This document shows, one piece after another, positions 56,068 to 64,000 of a stretch of DNA of 64,000 bases. The DNA lies in NCBI RefSeq assembly GCF_009914755.1, contig NC_060935.1; one strand, given 5' to 3'. Within the stretch, counting starts at the first letter, position 1, and each line of letters starts with the position of its first letter. The DNA comes from the human T2T-CHM13v2.0 reference genome, Homo sapiens. A program made the position numbers and the translations under genes. The notes beneath the pieces are model-generated. The model made no database searches. It saw only the letters and a list, made by a program, of their open reading frames with translations, and was not told where the DNA came from.

Positions 56068-56227
56068 ACATGTTATTTTAATACAAATTACAATTTACAA
56101 ATTAATACAAATTACAATTTGTTATATTAATACAAATTACAATTTGTATTAAAATAACATGTCTCCTTCCATGTATCTTAACATGAATTAAAATAACAAA
56201 TTGAGATATGTTATTTTAATACAAATT
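56068..56227. repeat. nested inverted and direct repeats (AT-rich palindrome)
   Basis: perfect 22-bp arms 56068-56089 and 56141-56162; third arm copy 56208-56227. Confidence 0.93.
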
Positions 56228-56479
56228 TAATATCAATGTTTTAACTACTTCAATTTTATGTATTCTTATGATGAATATCTTGAGTTTTACTTTTTAATTT
56301 TATGTTCTACCAAAAATGGTTTCAAATGAACTTATCCAATATTACTACAAACTATATGTATGAAGATCTGATTAAATACACAACTTTTGTCATTATGAAA
56401 ATACTGTGCTTTCAATCACTTAAAGCAATTTTTGTGTGATATCACTATGCTAATATTTAAATTGGTGAGTTGTTTATAG

Positions 56480-57250
56480 TTTTTTGGGACTTTTTACCTT
56501 AATTTTATTTATAATTATGTAAAACATTATTAAATACAAAACATCTGAGAGTCAGAAACCACATAGCATTATACATTTAAGAAAGTCTTAATCCATCCTT
56601 GAACACTTCTTTTTTGATCACTTTTTGACTTTTCCTTCCAGTGGTTACTATTATAAATATAAACAAATGCATGAGCAAATGAAAATATACATATTCATAT
56701 TTTCTTCTCTTGTACAAAACTTGGCATATAGTAACACCATTCTGCACTTTTTATTTTCATTTTAACACATATATATTCTGAAGATGACTTTATTTTTGTA
56801 TTAAAAATTATTCTTTTTATAGGTGATTAGTTATATATCATACAGGCATATGACAGTATGTCCAACTAGTCCTTTGATGGTATAAGGTTGGGTTAATTCT
56901 TTATTTTTATTATTGCAAATAATGGTGGAATAAATAAACATGTATATATGTCACTTCCTATTTTGGCAGTCTAACTTTCATATGGATTCCTAGAAGTAAC
57001 ATTGTTGATTCAAAGGTGACTGAATATGTAATTTTGCTAGTGGTGTCCAAGTCCCTTTCCAATTTCAATCTCACCATCTGTGTACGAGAATGTCCCTTTC
57101 ATCACAGTCTTGCCAACAGAACATGTTGTCAGAACTTTTATGTTTTGCCAATCTGATAGGTGAGAAATGAGCTCTCAGTGTATAGAAACAGAGAAATTCT
57201 CCAAGAGTGAGATTGAGCAACTTTCATGTTTACAATCTGCAATTATTCAA
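56480..57250 (-). mobile_element. ancient L1ME-like 3' fragment
   Basis: tggattcctagaagt...ttttgccaatctgataggtgagaaatg. Confidence 0.75.
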
Positions 57251-57424
57251 AACATGATTTTAATGTTTCTTATATCCCACTATATGAAAGGAACACGATT
57301 CATTTAATATTTTTATTTCTTTTTATTTATAACCATTAAGAATTTTAAAGGAGCATGTATTATTTGGTCTGATATTAAATACGTTCTCATGCTTATGCTC
57401 GTTAGTATTTTTACTAATTTCTTT

Positions 57425-60106
57425 ATGTTTAATTGACAAAAAAAATTTATTGGATAAAACATATTGTCTTGAAATATGTATACATTGTGGTATGTCTTAA
57501 TTGAGTTAATTAGCATATGCATTAACAGACATACTTCTATTTCTACATTCTTAGCAGTTTTCTACTCTCTTAGGAATTTTCAAGAATATAATACATTTTT
57601 ATTAACTATCATCATCATGTTGTACAATAGATCTCTTGAAATTATTCCCCCTTTTTAATTGAAACTTTCGAACTTTGAACATTTCCCCAACCACTTCCCT
57701 CCCTCAACCCTTGATTCTACTCTCTCCTTCTGTGATTTTTGACTTTTGTAGGTTCCACACATAAGTGAAATCAAGTGGTATTCATCTTTCTGTGCTTAGC
57801 TTATTTAACTTAAAACAATGTCCTCCCAGTTCAACCATGTTACACAAATAACAGGATTTCTTTCTTAGGCTTTGGAGTGGAGTGAATAATATTCCATAGT
57901 GTGTGTGTGTATACATAAATATACATTTATACATATATATACACGTACATATATATTTATACTACATTTCTGTGTTTATTTATCGTTTGATAGATTCTTA
58001 GGCTCTTTCCATATCTTGACTATTGTGACTAATGTTGCAATGAGCATGGGAGTGAAGATATGTCTTCAACATAATGATTTATCTCTTTTAAAAATGAGTG
58101 GGATTGCTTGGTCATATGGCACTTCTATTTTTAATGTATTTGAAGAACCTCTGTGTAGTATTTTATATTGACTGTTCTAATTTAAATTCCTACCAACACT
58201 ATGCAAAGGTTTCCATTTCTCCATATCCGTGTCAACACTTATTATCTTTCTTCTTTTTAATAATTGCCATTCTGTTGAGTGTTAAGTGACGTGGTGGTGT
58301 TGATTTACATTTCACTGATGATTAGTTACATTTCTATGATGATTAGTTATTAGTTTACATTTCTCTGATGATTGAACATTTTTTCATATACAGGTTGAAT
58401 GTCTTCTTTTGAAAAATATGTATTCTAGTCCACATTTTAATTAGGCTATTCATTTTTTGCTGTTGAGTTTTTTGAGTTTTTAATATATTTTAGGTGTTAA
58501 CCCCTTATCATATGTATGGTTTGCACATATTTTCTCTCATTTTATAGGTTGTCCCTTTACTCTATTGATTGTTCCTTTGGCTGTGCAGAAGATTTTTAGT
58601 TTGATGTAATCCCATTTTTCTATTTTTACTTTTGTTGTCTCTGCTTTTTTATTCCTATCCAAAAAAATATTGTCTAGACCAATGTCATGAAACTTTTCCC
58701 TGTATTTTTCTAGTAGTTTTATAGTTTCAAGTCTTACATTTAAATTTTAACTTATTTGAGTTGATTTTTATATGTAGTATTAGATACTGATCTAATTGTA
58801 TTGTTATGATATCCAGCTGTCCCAACATCATTTATTGAAGAGACTGTCCTGTTCCATTTTGCACTGTTGGCACCTTTGTCAAAAATCAATTGCCCATAAA
58901 CACATGGATTTATTTCTGGGGTTTCTATTCTGTTCTATTGTTCTATGATTGTGTTTATATGGCAGTACCAGGCTGTTTTGGTTACTATAGCATTGTAGTA
59001 TATTTTGACATCAGGAGGTGTGATGCCTCTAGCTTATTTATTTATTTATTTTTCAAGATTGCTTTGTCTATTTAGGGTCTTTTGTAGTTCTATACAAACT
59101 GTAAGATTTTTTTCTATTTCTGCAAATAATGTTATTAGCATTTTGAAAGAGATTACATTGAATTTGTAGATATCTTTGGGTAGTATGAACATTTTCATAT
59201 TATTAATTATTGCAATTCATGAACACAGAATGTATTTCCATTTATTTGTTTCTTCTTCTATTTTTGTTCACCAATGTTTTGTAGTTTTTTTTAGTGTAGA
59301 GGTCTTAAATTCATGCCTGAGTATTTGATTTTTTTGGTTAGTATTGTAAATGGGATTGTTTTCTTGATTTCTTTTTCAGAGAGTTCAATGTTAGTGGATA
59401 GAAATGATACTGATTTTTATATTTTCGTTTTATATCCTGCAACTTTACTGAATTTGTTACTTTTATTTTTTTGGTTTTTGGTGGAGTCTTTAGGGATTTC
59501 TATATATTATATCATGTAATCTGTATTTTTTTTCTCTTGCCTAACTCCTCAAGCTAGAACATCTAGGATTATGTTGAATAGAAGTAGTGAGAATGGGCAT
59601 CCTTGTCTTGTTTCTGGTCTTAGAGGGATAGCTTTCACCTTTTCACTGTTCAGAAGGATGTTAGCTGTGTTTACCATATATATTGTCTTTATTGTGTTGA
59701 GGTACATTCCTTCTAAATCTAATGTTTAAGGGTGTTTATCATAAAAGGATGTTGATTTTGTCAAATGCCTTTCCTTCATCTATTGAGATAAACATATCTT
59801 TTTGTTTCTTCATTCTGTTGATGTGTGTACCATATTTATAGATTTGCCTGTGTTTAACGATCCTTGCTTACCGGAAATAAATTTCACTTGATCATGGTGA
59901 ATAATCTTTTAAATGTACTGTTAAATTCAGTGAGATAGTATTTTGTTGAGGTTTTTTTCACCTGTGTTCATCAGGAATATTGGCCTATAATTTTTTTGTA
60001 GTTTTGTCTGGCTTTGGAATCAGGGTAATGATGACCTGGTAAAATGAGTTTGGAAATATTATCTTTCCTTCAATTTCTTGGAAGAGTTTGAGAGAGAGTG
60101 GTATTA
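57425..60106 (-). mobile_element. L1MA-like LINE-1, 3' end to mid-ORF2
   Basis: antisense L1MA 3' UTR (tgttgtacaatagatctcttgaa) and ORF2 (ggctgtgcagaagatttttagtttg). Confidence 0.92.
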
Positions 60107-60109
60107 GGA

Positions 60110-61020
60110 GTAGGAAAGATTAAGTGAAAGGAAACATCTGACTTAAACTACACTTTAGACCAAGTGGAATTAGCAGACATACACAGGGCATACCATACAA
60201 CCCCTGGAGAATCTTCTTAAGTGCGCACAGAACATTCTCCAAGATAAATAGTATTTTAGGCCATGCAATAAAATGTTACAATTTTATGAAGATTGAAATT
60301 ATATCAAGTATCTTTCCTGATGACAATATGAAACTAGAAATCAATAATAGAAGGAATTTGAGAAAATTCACAAATACATCACAATTAAACAACATGTTTC
60401 TGAAAAACCAATGAGTCGATAAAGAATTAAGAGATAAATTTAAAAATATCCTGAGACAATAAAAAATGGACACACAATATACCACAACTTAAAGAATAGA
60501 GCAAAAGCAGCTTTAAGAGAGAAGTTTATAGCAATAAATGTCCACATTAAAAAAGAAGATCTCAAACAACTTAACATTTTCCTCAAGTCACTAGAAGAAG
60601 CAAGAATAAGTTAAGCCCAAAGTTAGATGAAGGAAAAAATAATAAAGATTAGAGCAGAAATAAATGAAACAGAAACTATAAAAATAATACAAAAGATCAA
60701 CTAACTTGAGTTGTATTTTTTTAAAAAGATAAAATTGAAATACCAGAATGAAGAATAAAAACCACATGATCATTTCAATAGATGAAGAAACGTCATTTGT
60801 AAAAGTCAGCATGCTTTAATGTTAATGGATGGACTAGTTATGACTAACAAAAGAAAGAAGACAAATAAAATCTGAATTGAAAAAAAAATTACAATGGAAA
60901 CCACAGAAATACAAATAATTGTAAGAGACTACTGTGAATAGTTATATGCCAACAAATTGGATAACCTAGAAAAACTGGATAAAATGCCTAGACACAGGCA
61001 ACCTACCAAGACTTAATCAC
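60110..61020 (+). mobile_element. L1 ORF2 5' segment in opposite orientation (likely 5' inversion of the adjacent L1)
   Basis: sense ORF2 EN/linker (cacagaacattctccaagata, atatgccaacaaattggataacctagaa). Confidence 0.8.
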
Positions 61021-61849
61021 ATTGAAATATTTAATATTCAGATTGTTTAACTATAAGGTAAACAGCCAATCATGTAGGCTACTTTTCTTTATTTTTTTCT
61101 TTTTTCCTATGTTTTTCTTCAAGTTGATTAATGGAAAAGTCAATTGCAAAATTAGAAAAACAATATATAAGTAAGTAGTAGATAGTAGATATGTCACCAT
61201 ACTTAAATGTATAAAAATATATTTGAATAACATTAGATACTAGAATTATAATTTGTAATTATCTTACAATTTCCTTTTGAAAATTTCAAAAAATTAAATA
61301 TCTGTCATTCAGACTTAAAGAATTAGTATCTACACCATGAATTTAATATACTGAACATGCTACAAACAAAACCAACTTTCTGAAGCTTAGCTAAAACATG
61401 CTTATTTAAATCTACTGTATGGAAATATTATATTTAAAAAGAACATTCCCTAGTTGTATGAACACTGAAAACAGAAATGACAGATTTTTACTTACTGTTA
61501 TATTTGTTTTTCTCGGGACTTTAGTTAAAAGTAATATTAAGTTGCATCTGCTGTCAACAGATGCCCATATAACAGCACCAAAATGCTAACTCCAACATAA
61601 ATGACCATCTCCATATGTTGCTGGCATTTTTTTGGCATTTGTGTATTGTACATAATCACAGGCTATGAGTAACACTTGAGAAAAACAAAGTGATAATCTC
61701 ATTATGAAGGTTCAAGATCTATTCAAAGCTAAGTAGAGCTTCTTGTTTCTTTTAAATGTATTTATTAGTACATAAGCATAAACTTAAATCATGAAATGAT
61801 CATTTTTCAAAATGTTTGCTACAGATTTACTGTAAATGGAGATTTTTAT

Positions 61850-63830
<1,981 letters not shown>

Positions 63831-64000
63831 AGGATTATATTTTATTTATTTATTTGCATTTTGATTATTTTTAACTTATTCCTTATATTTTAGCAGGTAA
63901 AAATATATCTCATTCCTCCTGAATGGTGACTAGTACATTTACCCATGCCCCTATTACTAGACATTCACTTCATTTTCATTTTGGAGTAACTAAACAAACA

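Overview
AT-rich primate (human-like: AluY/S/J, L1PA, THE1) genomic DNA with no intact protein-coding gene; the supplied ORFs are retroelement-derived or chance. Between the repeats, on the + strand, is a chain of about 30 exon-like segments (5.4-53.9 kb) with AG/GT boundaries, many phase-compatible junctions and protein-like translations riddled with stops and some frameshifts: a large, intron-containing, long-dead gene (unitary-type or old duplicated pseudogene). Read in order, the peptides look colinear with my recollection of CCDC162 (DUF4549 family) from N-terminal region to C-terminal coiled coil, but at very low identity, so this looks like a lost distant paralog rather than CCDC162P itself; it appears to carry three tandem copies of one module. 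That family assignment is by eye from memory, not a computed alignment. Other content: several rearranged L1s, 13 Alus, a truncated ERV remnant (LTR + RNaseH/dUTPase/env), solo LTRs, L2/MIR, a ~61-bp tandem repeat and nested palindromes. Repeat boundaries and subfamily names are approximate.
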